Assembly (NCBI GenBank): GCA_036785375.1 | Contig: JAWMAR010000013.1 | Location: forward strand, 13,144,001-13,208,000 | Reading direction: 5' to 3' | Length of the DNA: 64,000 bases | Origin: Leucoraja ocellata | Taxonomy: Eukaryota | Shown: positions 34,174 through 48,632 of the stretch, piece by piece | How the letters are laid out: each line of letters starts with the position of its first letter | How positions within the stretch are numbered: the first letter of the stretch is position 1 | The notes under the pieces: model-generated | Database searches by the model: none | What the model saw: the letters and a program-made list of their open reading frames with translations, nothing else | What the model was told of the DNA's origin: nothing | Position numbers and translations under genes: made by a program

Positions 34174-34930
34174 AAACATAGAAATTAGGTGCAGGAGTAG
34201 GCCATTCGGCCCTTCGAGCCTGCACCGCCATTCAATATGATCATGGCTGATCATCCAACACAGTATCCCGTACCTGCCTTTACTCCATACCCACTGATCC
34301 CCTTAGCCACGAGGGCCACATCTAACTCCCTCTTAAATATAGCCAATGAACTGGCCTCGACTACCCTCTGCGGCAGAGAGTTCCAGAGATTCACCACTCT
34401 CTGTGTGAAAAAAGTTCTTCTCATCTCAGTTTTAAAGGATTTCCCCCTTATCCTTAAGCTGTGACCCCTTGTCCTGGACTTCCCCAACATCGGGAGCAAT
34501 CTTCCTGCATCTAGCCTGTCCAACCCCTTAAGAATTTTGTAAGTTTCTATAAGATCCCCTCTCAATCTCCTAAATTCTAGAGAGTATAAACCAAGTCTAT
34601 CCAGTCTTTCTTCATAAGACAGTCCTGACATCCCAGGAATCAGTCTGGTGAACCTTCTCTGCACTCCCTCTATGGCAATAATGTCCTTCCTCAGATTTGG
34701 AGACCAAAACTGTACGCAATACTCCAGGTGTGGTCTCACCAAGACTCTGTACAACTGCAGTAGAACCTCCCTGCTCCTATACTCAAATCCTTTTGCTATG
34801 AAAGCTAACATACCATTCGCTTTCTTCACTGCCTGCTGCACCTGCATGCCTACTTTTAATGACTGGTGTACCATGACACCCAGGTCTCGCTGCATCTCCC
34901 CTTTTCCTAGTCGGCCACCATTTAGATAAT
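34174..34930 (-). mobile_element. Young CR1 LINE 3' fragment with open ORF2 C-terminus
   Basis: 214-aa open frame QRDLGVMVH..RPHLEYCVQFWSP..LEFRRLRGDLIETYK..WNSLP; close sibling at 53595-54371. Confidence 0.92.
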
Positions 34931-35214
34931 AGGGGCTGTCCCACTGCTGGGACCTAATCCACGAGTTCTGGCGAGTTTGCCCCTCGACTCATACTCACAG
35001 CATGGTCGACATGAGGTCGTAGGAGGTCTTTGTAACTCTCCTTCATGCTCGAGAATAGTCCCCGTGTACTCGAGGCCTCAGCTAGGTCACGGTGTTTTTT
35101 CAACATAGTCTTCAACATAGTCAAACGAGGTCGAAGGAGGTCTTCAACATTTTTTCAAACTCTCCTGAACTCTTCTAAACTCACAAATTAGGTTGCCCAA
35201 GTGGGACAGCCCCT
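34931..35214. mobile_element. PIF/Harbinger-type MITE (family of 50565-51089, opposite orientation)
   Basis: TIR aggggctgtcccact / agtgggacagcccct followed by TAA. Confidence 0.8.
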
Positions 35215-35669
35215 TAACTGTAATACAAGTCTGATAATCTGCAATCTCACAATTCATAAATCCTAATAGTTCGGCAACTGGTTCACCATGGCCCTGTTCC
35301 CATGCTCCTGTTGAAACACAAGGCTTGGTTCCCAGTTTCTGTTAAACACACTAGGCCTGATCCCTATGCTGGTAAGGTTGCTCAACTCCATTGCCACACT
35401 CCCATTAAACACATTGGTTCACTGCAAAAATTGTCATATTACTGTGTAACATCTAAACAAAAAGTGAATTGTTATATTAATAGGAGCAATTTTCAAGTGG
35501 AAAATCTGCCAGGCTTTCACCACAGAAGACCCCACATGCCTCCCCACATTCTTCAGCTCTCATTCTTTCAACATAACTTTCCATTTTATCCTTGTGTTTA
35601 TCTTGTTTTATCTTGCATGCATAAATTCCATTGGCCTCAATTAGTCTTTGGACAAAATATATCACTATG

Positions 35670-38200
35670 CTCATGCCCCTGTTCTACTCACTCTCTACCC
35701 AGGAGTGTGTAGCCAGATACAATTCCAACGCCATCTGTAAATTCACTGACGATGCTATCATTGTTGGACAATTTACGTGTAATGATTAGTCAGAGTATCG
35801 GAGGGAGATCAATTATCTGATTGAATGGTGCCAGAACAACAACCTTGCTTTCAACGTCAGCAAGACCAAGGAGTTCATTGTTGCCTTTGAAGGCCAAGGA
35901 TCCGCAAACCTGCCTTTATCGACGGGTCGGTGGTGGAGAGAATCAACAACTTTAAATTCCTGGGCATGCACATCTCTCAAGAAATCTCCTGGGCCCAGAA
36001 CATTGAGGCAATCATAAAGAATCATCAACGCCTCTACCTCCTTAGCAGATTGAAGAGATTTGATATGTCAACAAATATTCTCTTGACCTTTTACAGGTGT
36101 GTGGTAGATAGCATATTGACTGGTTGCGTCACGGCCTGGTTCGACAAGTCGAAAGTCCAGGAATGAAGATGAAAATCTTGTAGATAGACAGAAAAAGCTG
36201 GAGTAATTCAGCGGGACAGACAGCATCTCTGGATAGTAGGAATGGGTGACGTTTTGGGTCGAGACCTTCAGACTGGTTAGGGATAAGGGAAAACAAGCGA
36301 TATGGACAGTGATGTGTAGAGAAAAAGAACAATGAATGAAAGATTTGCAAAAATGTAACGATGATAAAGGAAACAGGCCATCGTGAGCTGTTTGTAGGGT
36401 GAAAATGAGACGCTAGTGCGACTTGGGTGGGGGAGCGATAGAGAGAGGGAATGTCGGGGCTACTTGAAGTGATAGAAATCAATATTCATTACCACTGGGC
36501 TGTAAGCTGCCCAAGCGAAATATGAGATGCTGTTCCTCCAATTTGTGTTTAGCCTCACTCTGACAATGGGGGAGACCGAGGACAAAAAGGTCTGTGTAGG
36601 AAGGGGAAGGAAAATTAAAGTGTCCGGCTACCGGGAGATCAGGTTGGTTCATGCGGGCTGAGCGAAGGTGTTCCGCGAAACGATCGCCCAGTCTGCATTT
36701 GGCCTCGTCGATGTAAAAGAATCCACATCTTGAACAACGGATACAGTGAAGGTGGTGCAAGTGAAACTCCGCCTAACCTGAAAGGACTGTCGGGGTCCCT
36801 GGACAGAGTTGAGGGAGGAGGTATAGTGACAGGTGTTGCATCTTCTGCGGTTGCAGGGGAAGGTACCTGGGGAGGGGATAGTTTTGGGTGGGAAGGGATG
36901 AGTTAACCAGGGAGTTGCAGAGGGAACGGTCTCTGCGGAAGGCGGAAAGGGGTGGAGATGGGAAAATGAGGCTAGTGGTGGGATCCCGTTGGAGGTGGCG
37001 GAAAATTCGGAGGGTTATGTGTTGTATGCGACGGCTGATGGGATGGAAGTTTCTGTTTCGACTAGGGGGAGGGGGAACAAGGGCGGAGCTGCGGGGTACC
37101 GAGGAGACACGAGTGAGGGCCTCGTCTATGATGGGAGAGGGAAACCCCCGTTCCCTAAAGAATGAGGACATCTTGGATGATCTTGTATGGAACACCTCAT
37201 CTTGGGCGCAGATGCGGCGTAGACGGAGGAATTGGGAGTAAAGGATAGAGTCTTTGCAGGAAGCAGGGTGGGAAGACATTTAGTCAAGATAGTTGTTGGA
37301 GTCCATGGGTTTGTAATAGACGTCAGTCAATAGTCTATTTCCTGTGATGGAGACTGAGATCAAGAAAGGGAGGGAGGTGTCGTAGATGGTCCAAGTAGAT
37401 TTGAGTGCAGGATGAATATTGATGGTGAAGTTGATGAAGTCCATGAGTTCTGCATGGATGCAGGAAGTAGCACTGATGCAGCCATCAATGTAATGGAGAT
37501 AGAGTTCGGGGATAGAGGCCAGTGTACGCCTGGAACAGGGGTTGTTCAACGTACCCTACAAAGAGGCAGTCATAGCTGGGGCCCATGCGGGTGCCCATAG
37601 CTACGCCTTGGACGGAGGAAGTGGGAGGAGGCAAAGGAGAAGTTGTTGGGGGTGATGCCTAACTCCGCTAGACGAATGGTTCTGCGGTCGAGGAAGAAAC
37701 GGAGGGTTTTAACGCCTTCCTGGTGGGGAATGGAGGTGTAGAGTGACTGAACGTCCATAGTAAAGAAAGTATTGGACATCGTCTGGTCCATCACGCATAC
37801 CGACCTCCCCACCATCGAACGGATCAACGAGAGGTGCTGCCTCAAAAAGGCAGCCAGCATCATCAAGGATGCTCACCACCCTGGCCACACTCTTATTTCA
37901 CTGTTGCCATTGGGAAGTGGGGAATAGGAGATTGAAAACTGCAATGCCCAGGTTCAAGAACAGCTGCTTCCCGACAAAACCATCAGGCTCTTGAACACTT
38001 CCAACACCAGCTAACAATGAAGTATGAAGTGTCTTGTTTGCATTAAGGACTAGGAGCTTTTTTGCACTAATATTGGCTTTTTAATTCATTGACTTTTTTT
38101 TGTTTATTTTGTTATCTATGAATATGTGTTTACAGACCAGTTATGCTGTTGCAAGTAAGAATTTCATTGTTGTCGTGGAACATATGACAATTAAAAACTC
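35670..38200 (+). mobile_element. Rex1/Babar-like LINE split by a PLE
   Basis: KFTDDA, VERINNFKFLG..CVTAWFD (35670-36170), resuming at TDLPTIE..CLKKAASIIKD (37765-38200). Confidence 0.8.
36180..37762 (-). mobile_element. Penelope-like (Neptune-type) element, 5'-truncated, frameshifted
   Basis: FTMDVQSLYTSIPH, YLHYIDG, SSHPASCKDSI.YSQFLRLRRIC, decayed GIY-YIG, pLTR at the left end. Confidence 0.9.
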
Positions 38201-38756
38201 TGTTCTATTGGATTTATTATTAGTGTAGTGTCTATTAACAGTGTCTATTGTGTTCTCCTGTGAATGGGAAGCACTGTGGTACTGAATGGCTCTTTTTGTC
38301 TTTGTCCATTTCCTGGACATACAAGTTACGCAGTTACCGTCTCACCGTTGCAGAAAACCGGGATGAGTTCTGATCGGTGATGCTGCCTGTGTGGAGCTTG
38401 TGGAGCCATTGTAAGGAAATATAGAAACTCGCTTCATGTTTACCCTATCATTGTCTTAAATGATTATCTGCAGGAAAAGAACTCCGTATCTTAAGTCTGT
38501 TTTGATATTTGTAATCTTTTGTTCTGGTATCATCCTCGCAAATCAGGAGATCAAATTTATTCATAACTTCTAGGAGCAGAATAAGGCCATTTGCCCCATC
38601 AAGTCTACTCTGCCATTCGACCATGGCTGATCTATCTTTCCGTCTCAACCCCATACTTCTGCCATTGCCCCATAACCCCTGGCACCCAACGAAAGAATCT
38701 GTCAATCTCCACCTTAAAAATATTTATTGATTTGGCCTCCACGGACGTCTGTGACG

Positions 38757-40600
38757 ATGAAGAAAGGAAGAGGTGGAGCCAGTGGGCTGAGGGAGAGCTG
38801 AGAAGGAGAGGAGAAAATAGGGACTACCTGAAATTAGAGAAGTTAATGTTCATACCGCTGGGGTGCAAATTGCCCAAGCGAAATATGAGGTGCTGCTCCT
38901 CCAATTTACGGTGGTCCTCATTCTGGCCATGGAGGAGGCCCAGGATAGGAAGGTCAGATTCGGAATGGGAGGGGAGTTGAAGTGCTGAGCCACCGGGGAT
39001 CAGGTTGGTTATTGCGGACCGAGCGGAGGTGTTGGGCGAAGCGATCGCCAAGCCTACGCTTGGTCTCACCGATGTAGAGCAGCTGACATCTAGAGCAGTG
39101 GATGCAATAGATGAGGTTGGAGGAGGTGCAGGTGAACCTCTGCCGCACCTGGAAAGACTGCTTGGGTCCGTGAATGGAGTCAAGGGGGGAGGTAAAGCGA
39201 CAAGTGTAGCATTTCCTGTGGTTGCAAGGGAAGGTGACCGGAGACGGGGTGGTTCGGGTGGGAAGGGACGAATTGAGCAGCGAGTTACGGAGGGAGCGGT
39301 CTCTGTGGAAAGGGGAGGAGATGGGAAGATGTGGCAAATGGTGGGATCACGTTGGAGGTGGCGAAAATGTTGGAGGATTATTTGTTGTATGTGACGGCTG
39401 GTAGGGTGGAAGGTGAGGACAAGAGGGACTCTGCCCTTGTTACGAGTGGGGGGATGGGGAGTGAGAGCAGAGATACGGGGTATAGAAGAGACCCTGGTGA
39501 GAGCCTCATCTATAGTAGAAGAGGGGAACCCCTGTTCCCTGAAGAATGAGGACATCTCCGACGCCTCATCCTGGGAGCAGATGCGGCGTAGACGGAGGAA
39601 TTAGGAGTAGGGGATAGAGTCCTTACAGGAAGAAGGGTGGGAAGAAGTGTAGTCTAGACAGCCATGGGAGTCAGTGGGTTTATAGTGGATGTCGGTCAGA
39701 AGTCCATCACCTGCGATGGAGATGGTGAGATCAAGAAATGGTAGGGAGATGTCGGAAATGGTCCAGGTGTATTTGAGTGGTGGATGGAAGTTAGTGGTGA
39801 AATGGATGGAGTCAGTGAGTTGTGTGTGGGTGCAGGAGGTAGCACCAATGCAATAGTTGATGTTGCAAAGGTAGAGTTCGGGGATAGGGCCATGGTACGC
39901 CTCGAACAAGGATTGTTCGACGTACTCTACTAAGAAGCAGGTGCATGCGCGTGCCCATAGCTACGCCTTGTGTTTGGAGGTAATGGGAGGAGTCAAACGA
40001 AAAGTTATTAAGTTATTAAAGGTAAGGACCAGCTCCGCTAGGCGGAGGAAAGAATCAATAGACGGGGATTGGTTGGTTCTCCGGTCGAGGAAGAACCGGA
40101 CGGCTTTGAGACCCTCCTGGTGGGGGATGGAGGTGTAGAGTGACTGGACATCCATGGTGAAGATGAGGGAATGGGGGCCGAGAAAACGGAAGTCCTGGAG
40201 TCGATGAAGAGCGTGTGTGGTGTCTTGAACATAGGCAGGGAGGGATTTAACCAGGGGGGATAGAATGGAGTCCAGGTATGTGGAAATATATTCGGTAGGA
40301 CACGAACAGGCAGAAACAATGGGTCTGCCAGGACAGTCAGGTTTGTGGATTTTGGGGCGAAGGTAAAATTGGGCCGTGCGGGGCTGGGGAACTAAGAGGT
40401 CGGAGGTTTGGGAGGGCACAGAGCCGGAGTTGATGAAGTCAGTGATGATGCTAGAGATAGTGACCTGGTGCTTGTCAGTGGGGTCATGGTCCAAGGATAA
40501 GTAGGAGGAGGTGTCAGAGAGTTGGCGCGTGGCCTCAGCCTTGTAGAGATCAGCACGCCAGACTACCACGGCACCTCCCTTGTCGGTAGGTTTGATAATC
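38757..40600 (-). mobile_element. Penelope-like (Neptune-type) element with RT and GIY-YIG remnants
   Basis: IIKPTDKGGAVVVW, PKIHKPDCPGRPIVS, FTMDVQSLYTSIPH, YIGETKRRLGDRF. Confidence 0.92.
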
Positions 40601-40929
40601 CAGTCTTGATTCAGCGTGATTGTTTTGCTCTCCCTCTCATCCATTGAATAGAGAATTACTCTTTTACAATTCCTCAATCCTTTGTGGTCTGTGGCCGGCA
40701 ATGTGGCACTGAGACTGCTGTTGTGTCATGAGATCCTCCCACAGTGGGAAAAAAAGAGAGACTCGTATTCACATTGTCTTTCTGGAGCTCTCAAAGCATG
40801 ATGCATGCAGCCAGTGAAGCCACTGTTGTAAAGCAGGTATCAAAGCAGGTCATTTGAACGCAACAAAAAGAAATGCAATTTAAAAACAAATATCTAGGTT
40901 CTGAGACATTGGCTACAAAATGACTATGC

Positions 40930-42290
40930 ACAAAGATGCTGGATACCTCATCCCGATCACTCCCTCTTCTCCCCTCCCCCATCAGACAAGAGGTACAGAT
41001 GTTTGAAAATGCATACCTCCAGATTCAGGAACAGTTTCTTCCCGGCTGTTGTCAGGCAACTGAACAGTCCTCTCATCAGCTAGGGTGCAGTCCTGACCAC
41101 CCATCCGCCTCATTGGAGATCTTTGAACGATCTTTAATCCTACTTTATCAGACGGCAGTGTTATATCATTGCACTAAATGTTGCACTCTTTATCCTTCAT
41201 CTATGCACTGTGGACATGTTGATTGTATTCATGCTCATTGTATTCTTTCTTTGACTGTATAGTATGCAAACAAAAGCTTTTCACTGTATCTCAGGACACG
41301 ACAATAATAAACTAAACTAAACTAACAAAGTAAACTAAACTAATGGGCATGGATAATTTTCATCCATTTGAGAGTGAGCTTCTGGCAATGCAGCCCTTCT
41401 GTTCTGTACTGTAGACTCTCAGCCGAGATGAGTTCCAAATTCCTGCCCAAAAACGAGAATCTATCTAACGGTGGACTCATACATGAAAAGGAAATTCAGA
41501 GGGATATGGGCAAAACATCGGTAAATGCGACCAGCTTAGATGGTGAATCTTGGTTGGCATGGACAGGTTGGGCCGAAGGACTTACTGCAGTGCTGTATGA
41601 CTCTATAACTCCCTATTAACTAAATCTTGACTGAGTTAAACCTCCAGAAAAAACTTGTCTTGGCAAGAGATAGATGCAGGGCATAGGAGACTAAACATAA
41701 GTGTGATCGAAGTGCACCATAGAAAGCATTCTGTTGGGTTACGGCACAGCCTGGTTCACTGCCCCAAGACTACAATAAATTGCAGAGAGTTGTAGATGTA
41801 GCCCACTCTGTCACACAGACCAGAGATGCCACCATAGGTCCCACCTAGATGTACACTTCAATCTGCCTCAGAAAAGCAGCCAACATAATCAAAGACTTGT
41901 CCCACCTTTGTCCTGCCTTCCTTCTCCCTGCTCCCATACAGCAGGAAGTACAGAATCTTGAAAGTGCACATCTGCCAGACTCAGGAGCAGCTTCTTCCAC
42001 TGTTATTAGACTTCGAAGCATCCCTTCCATAAGCTAGGATACTGTTGGATTCACCTCTACTCCACTAGACATTGGATTTTGACTAAGGAACTGATGCACT
42101 GCAATACTGACAGTATTTTGCACTCTGTATTGTTTGTCAGACCCTTTGGTCTGTCTATTGTACTTGAGTTTGAATTAATTGTATAGTATGGTTAATCTGA
42201 TTGCATGGTATATCTGATTTGGTTTGGACAGCAGGCAAAACAAAACATTTTACTGTACCTTGGTACATGTGACAATAATAAACCTAAACA
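40930..42290 (+). mobile_element. Two Rex1-like LINE 3' fragments (~40930-41340, ~41690-42290)
   Basis: YTSICLRKAANIIKD; shared tail tttcactgta.ct.gg.ac..gacaataa.aaactaaac. Confidence 0.7.
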
Positions 42291-43584
42291 TAAACAGGTT
42301 ACGTGTGGCAATGGAACAGTGTTCTGCCATGTCTCTTTCCATAAACTGACGCATTCATGGAGAAAAATATTTAATTACTACAATATTCAAATGAAACTAA
42401 ACAATTACGAAAATACTAATTCAGTTAATTCCAACTGTTCTCACAGATGCCAGTCATTCATTCTGATGCACAGGTGCAGCATGTTCTCAGCAATCACAGT
42501 CAGTAGTTCTTTAGCATCCCACTTAATACATTATATTGTTTTTCTAAATGAGTAACTTGTATGGAGATTAAACAGTGAAAGTGATCCGATGAAACTTGAT
42601 TGCTGATGGGTTTCTGTCAAAGAGCATTGGTTATTGAGAAAATAGCCACCATTCTTATTCAAGGTTCTGGAACAGCTCGCTCTCTGCAAAATGTTTAATG
42701 AAATGAATTTTTTAATTGTCTTCCCTTATCTGAGAAAGAAGTATGTTTGAATGTGTGTTTATTTTTCATTAACAGGTTCATAGATCTGTGGTTTAGTCGA
42801 TACAGACTGATTGCCTCTATTAAATTTAGTCTGTAATGAGATTCAGAATTTTAACTGAGTTTGAGTCCTAAGGCTCTCTGTTATTAGATCTTGATTGTCA
42901 GGACTGGGTGAGCATTTTTATTTCTTAGTTATATTGCAAACACAAGTATTTTATTGGTGAGGAGGCATGGGCTGAGAAGGAGCAAGGAACAGTGTATGAC
43001 AAAAACATGGGGCAGTGGCCGTCTCCAACAGGATGGAGCCTCGACACCGCCTTTTGACATTCCCACTGCCAAGTCCCCCACCATCAATACCCTGCAGGTC
43101 ACTGAATAGATTAGAAACCGAACCGGACCAGCTGCATAATACAATGGCTACAAGAGCAGGTCAGAGACTGTGTATCCTGTCGTGATCATCAGTCTCAAGA
43201 AGGGTCACGACCCGAAACGTCACCCATTCCTTCTCTCTAGAGATGCTGCCTGTCCCGCTGAGTTACTCCAGGATTTGTGTCTACATTCGATTTAAACCAG
43301 CATCTTCAGTTCTTTCCTATAATGTCTACAAAATGCATTCCAGTTGCTAACCCGGGTTATCCCGTCAGCACCTCCCAAACCTATGACTGAGAATTCACCT
43401 CCATGTTGCAGACATTCATGTCATTCCCTGCCCAACAGCAGTGTGGGAATATCTTCACCAGAAGGACTGCAGTGATTCAAAAAGGTGGCTTACCTTCTCA
43501 GTGGTAATTAATAATGGGCAACAAATACAGGTCCTGCCAGTGAAGCCAAGTTCACAGAAATGAATATTTTCTAAAATCTGAATC

Positions 43585-43902
43585 TGTTTAGAGTTTAGAT
43601 GGAATTTAGGAGTTTAGAAATACAGTGTGGAAACTGGCCCTTTAACCCACCGAGTGTGAGCCAATCAACAATCACCCATACACTAGTCTTCCTACACATT
43701 CCGGACAATTTACAGAAGGTCAATTAACTTACACACCTGCACATCTTTGGAATGTGGGCGGAAACCAGAGTACCTCAACAAAAACCAACGTGGTCACGGG
43801 GAGAACGTAAAACTCTGTACAGACAGCATCCGTAGTCAGGATCAAATCCATGTCTCTGGTGCTGTAAGGCAGCAACTCGACCGCTGTGCCATTGTGCCAC
43901 CC
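43585..43902 (-). mobile_element. HE1-like tRNA SINE
   Basis: gggtggcacaatggcacagcggt head, B-box-like gatttgatcc, CR1-type tail. Confidence 0.85.
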
Positions 43903-43994
43903 AGGAAATGAGTCACTTGCAGTGAGATACACAGCTTCTGATCTGCTCTTGTCACTACTGTATTATGCAGCTGATCCATTTGGGTTTCTAATCA

Positions 43995-44527
43995 GTAGTG
44001 ACTGTTTGAGTTGGTTGCTGGACACTTTAACTGCCCCTCTCATTCCCACATTGACCTTTCTGTCCTGGGCCTCCTCCATTGTCAGAGTGAGGCCCAGCGC
44101 AAATTGGAGGAACCGCACATCATATTCACTTGGGCAGCTTACACCCCAGCGGTAGGAACATTGACTTCTCTAACTTCAATTAACCCTTGCTTTCCCTCTC
44201 TCTCCATCCCTCCTCCTTCCCAGTTCTCCGACCTGTCTTACTGTCTCCGACTACATTTTATCTCTGTTACTTTGTTGTTACCTTCTCCCAGCTAACAATG
44301 ATATATTCTCCATTTTCCTTGATTTCCATTCCCATTGCCCTGTTTTCACACCTTCACAATTCCTTATCTATGTATCTCCCTCCCCCTTGACGTCAGTTTG
44401 AAGAAGGGTCTCGACCCGAAACGTCACCCATTCCTTCTCTCCAGAGATGCCGCCTGTCCCGCTGAGTTACTCCAGCATTTTGTGTCTACCTTCGATTTCA
44501 ACCAGCATTTGCAGTTCTTTCCTACAC
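43995..44527 (+). mobile_element. PLE 3' fragment with pLTR (hammerhead motif 44398-44425)
   Basis: VAGHFNCPSHSHIDLSVLGL..RKLEE; ttgaagaagggtctcgacccgaaacgtc. Confidence 0.85.
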
Positions 44528-44719
44528 ACGTATGTAAATTGGTTGTCTCAATCCTGTTACAAAGTAACTGATTGCACTTATGTTAAATGACATGAAGTCA
44601 TTCTGCTTCGAGGTTAGAGGTTACTTTCTGGGGAGTTTACCATTGGAATTTTAATCAAATAATATATTGTCTCCCCCTGCATAGCTATACTTTTGTAAAT
44701 ATTTCAAATTGATTACTCA

Positions 44720-45700
44720 GCAAGTAAATCTGCAGATGCTGGAAATTAGTATTAAAATAGAGAATGCTGGAATTATCCGGCAGGCGAGGTAGCATTTATG
44801 AAGCGAAACTAAATACGTTTTTCCGTTTGATGACCTTTCATCAGAACTCAACACGGTTAGAAGTCCAGTATTTTTAACTTGCAGATACAGCAGGGAGGAG
44901 GTTGGGGGAGAAGAATGTGGAGAGGACCAATGGAAAGTCTGAGATGGGTTGGAGACCAAGAAAGGTTTGTTAATCTCAACAAACTCTGCGATGGACTCGG
45001 GAACAGAAAAAGATGAAAGAGACAAAGTTGCTGGGACTGAGATACAACACACTGATGGTACTGGAAATCTAAAATTAGTCAAGATGAAATTGGACACCAT
45101 TGTGCAGAAAATTTGCTTTACTGTGGGAGATTGATTCCCTTCCATCAGGCGAGCTGATTCTGAAACAAATGGCAGTGTGAGGGGTGGGGGAGAGGAAATT
45201 GCTGATCATCTGAAGTTGTTGAATTCTGTATCGATCCTTCAAGGCTGCAACGTGTCAAGTCAAAAGTTCCTTGAGTTGATATTGGACTGTGTTGGAAAAT
45301 TGCAGGCGACCAGACATATCGGTAAGAGGATAGGATGGCAAATTAAAATACAGTTTTCTGAAAGTTCAAAACTACCTTGAAGACTGAAGACAGGTGTTCT
45401 GCAAACCAGTTACTAATTTGGTTGCTCCAATAGTTGAGACCACTCCGTAGAGTACATTCAACTGGAAGTAGTGCAAGTGAATTACTACTACTGGAAGGGA
45501 TGTTTGGTCCCTGGATAGTAAGAAGGGAAGAGATAAATGGGCAAGTGTTGCAGTTGAGTGGGAAGTTGCCATGAGAATGGGATTGAGTAAAGGCGGAGAT
45601 GAAAGAATGAACTTTGGAATGGTGAAAAGAATGGTTGGTCCCTTTAGGCTGCTGAGAGAGAACTGCATGGTGGCAGAATCACTGAGTATGGCTAAAATTA
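44720..45700 (-). mobile_element. Old, heavily decayed PLE 3' region
   Basis: ctgcagatgctgga tail, cgttt..gacctttcatcag hammerhead-like remnant, faint GIY-YIG similarity. Confidence 0.55.
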
Positions 45701-46804
45701 TGAATCGAAGCAGAACACTTGTACATTCCAAGTCAGTGTATTACTTTTGGTTCTCGTGATGTGTTTTCCTCGACTTTGGAAGACTGATTTGTGGAACACC
45801 ATTCCTTCAGCCTGAAACATTACTTCCTGAACTGTTGATTCTCTTTCCCTCTCTTCTAAGATGTTGCCTGTTATGCCGGCTTATCCATTTTTTAATTTCC
45901 CAATATTTGCAATTATTTTTTGTTTTCAACCTTTGATTCACACAATGCACAAGTATAAATAATAATATAATTGAAAATTAAACCAGAAAATTTAGTGTGA
46001 CCATTTTATGCACTCCTTTAAAGTCTCCCTTAACTTTCTCTTACTATTCAATCTTGCAGACGTTTAATTCTTGTTCTAGTCCTAATCTACGAAACACTGT
46101 GATTAACACCTACGCTGGTTTATTTATTGTTCCAGTGGTTAGCTTCTATTTTTCAATCAATATTGGTTCAGTGAAGTGAGTCACCTGTCAACATTAATCG
46201 AAATATAGCTCTTGTATTAAGACATTCTCAGGAAGAGTCATTCTGTGGCTACATGCAGTTTTTAAGGGTCGTTAGCTTTATTGGATTTCCCTGGATAATC
46301 AACAGAAACCTGAATCTGTCAAAAGAGATTGATGAACAGAGGTACACTTTGTTAATGAAGTGTAAAAGTTAGTTATTGCTACCAATTTTTTAAAAGTTTA
46401 GTTACAAAACTTACAAAAACAAAAAGTTTAGTTCTATTCAGATTTTTGTTAAAAAAACCCACAAGACTAATCCACTGTATACTTAAGATTTCTTTTCCTC
46501 TACAGTTACTAATATGTTAAATTTCTTGCGATTAAGAAATGCTAAAGTTATGAAGCAATTACTAACTGTTATGGTTAAATTGTAATGAGGTATGGAATGT
46601 GTATTTAATCCATACAATTAACTATTTTGCAGAAGGGAATGTAATTAAACATTCAATAAACATTTAATACTAATTACTTTGTCGGTTTTCTCCATGTGTG
46701 GAGTCCCTACATATGGAACTATTAAACAAACTCATTTCAAATAATTTACAGATTAGCAGGGAAGCAAAATATCTTAATTTATTCATTGTAAGAATCGGCA
46801 TATT

Positions 46805-47085
46805 TGATTTAGTTTTGAGCTCTAGCATGGAAACAGGCCCTTTGGCCCACCACGATCACGCTGATCATCGATCACCGTTCACACTTATTGTATTTTATCC
46901 CACTTTCACAGCCTCTCCCAACACACCAGGGACAATTTACAGAGGCCAATTAACTCAAACCCACATGTATTTGGGATGTGGGTGGAAACCTGAACACCCG
47001 GAGGAAACCCACGTGATCACAGGGAGAACGTGCAAACGCCACATACATTGTGAAGCAACTGCTTTACCAGCTGCGCCACTGTGCT
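46805..47085 (-). mobile_element. HE1-like tRNA SINE
   Basis: Homologous to the other copies; head at the right end. Confidence 0.8.
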
Positions 47086-47146
47086 GGAAAATGCCACACA
47101 GTTTTGTAAAGTAAAGCTACATAATTGGAATTCTTGCTTGATGCAA

Positions 47147-47460
47147 ACACAGCACGATGCGCAACGGTAGAGTTGCTGCCTTACAGCGTCAGAGATCCAG
47201 GTTTGATCGTGACCACGGGTGCCGTCTGTATGGAGTTTGTACTTTATCTCCGTGACCTGTGTGGGTTTTCCCCTGGTGCTCTGGTTTCCTCCCACACTCC
47301 AAAGACATACAGTATTGTAGGTTGATTGGCTTTGGTAAAATTGTAAATTGTCCCTAGTGTGTGTAGGATAGTATCGGTGTGCAGGAATTGCTGGTCGGTG
47401 CAGACTCGGTGGGCTGAAGGGCCTGTTTCCATGTTGTATCTCTATACTAAACTAAATTAA
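47147..47460 (+). mobile_element. HE1-like tRNA SINE
   Basis: gcgcaacggtagagttgctgcc, B box ggtttgatcg, tail gggctgaagggcctgtttcc..(aaact)n. Confidence 0.85.
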
Positions 47461-48321
47461 ATCCAAAACTATGCTTCTCATCTGATGACATCACATGCAT
47501 CATGGTCAATTAAGCTCTGTGCTGTGGTATACAAATTGTAGTTCAGTTTTAGTGTGGGAGAAGTCAACTAAACTGGCAAAATTGAAAAATAATTTTGAGG
47601 TTTCCTAAATTATAATGTATTTAGGATTTGTTTTTGCTGCAAGAAGAATTAAATGAACATTTCTGGAGGTGGCCTTAAAATTCCTGCCAAAACCTGACTT
47701 GGGTGATTTCAGAGGCAAATTATAATGAGCAGTTTTAGCCGATGTAACACTCTAGAACTGCTGTGCATCCACCATTATGTTGTCAAATAGATGCACCAGT
47801 TCAAAAGTGCATTCTTCAGAATTTAAATACTATTTTTTGCAAATAAGTAATTAGAGCACAATCGTGATCTGTTAATGACTGGTTATGTACCAGACTGTCA
47901 TTGTGGAAGGAGAGAGCCACCTAATGGTTAGTTGTTTAAATTATCTTTGTTAATGTGAACACTCTTAAAACAATTATAAAAGTTTTTTTTGAAATAAAAC
48001 TAATGGCTTAGTTTTACTCTGCATAATGGAAATGCAAAGTTGTCATTTGTTCTTATTTCATGGCAAAGTTAGATACACAGAGAGAGCAGTTATTTCTCCT
48101 TTCATAGCAATGAATTACTTTTGACATATGGTTATTATTATTTATTTGGCAAACCAAGGTCTCAATTCCAACAATTGCAATGCATGACCATTTCATTTGT
48201 TGATTTTCTACTATTGTTGCCTGAACACAGAGAGGATCATTAGTTCCTGAAATGGTCTGTTATCTTTTATGACTACTAGATGGAGCCTTAAACAACACGC
48301 TAGTCTCTTACTGCACTACAG

Positions 48322-48632
48322 GCCAACACAGTGGCACAGCTGCTAGAGCTGCTGCCTCACAACACCAGAGGCCTGGGTTCGATCCTGACCTATGGTCTGT
48401 ATGGATTTTGTGTGTTGTCCCTGTGACTGCGTGGGTTTCCTCCGAGTGCTCCAGTTTCCTCCAACATCCCAAAGATGTGCGTGTTTGTAGGTTAATTGAC
48501 TGCCGTAAATTGCCATTAATGTGTAGGGAGTGGATGCGAAAGTGGGAGAACATAGATCTAGTGTGGACGGGTGATCGATGGTCGCTATGGACTCGGTGGG
48601 CTGAAGGGCCTGTTTCCACTCTGTATCTCCAA
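48322..48632 (+). mobile_element. HE1-like tRNA SINE
   Basis: A box tggcacagctg, B box ggttcgatcc. Confidence 0.85.
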
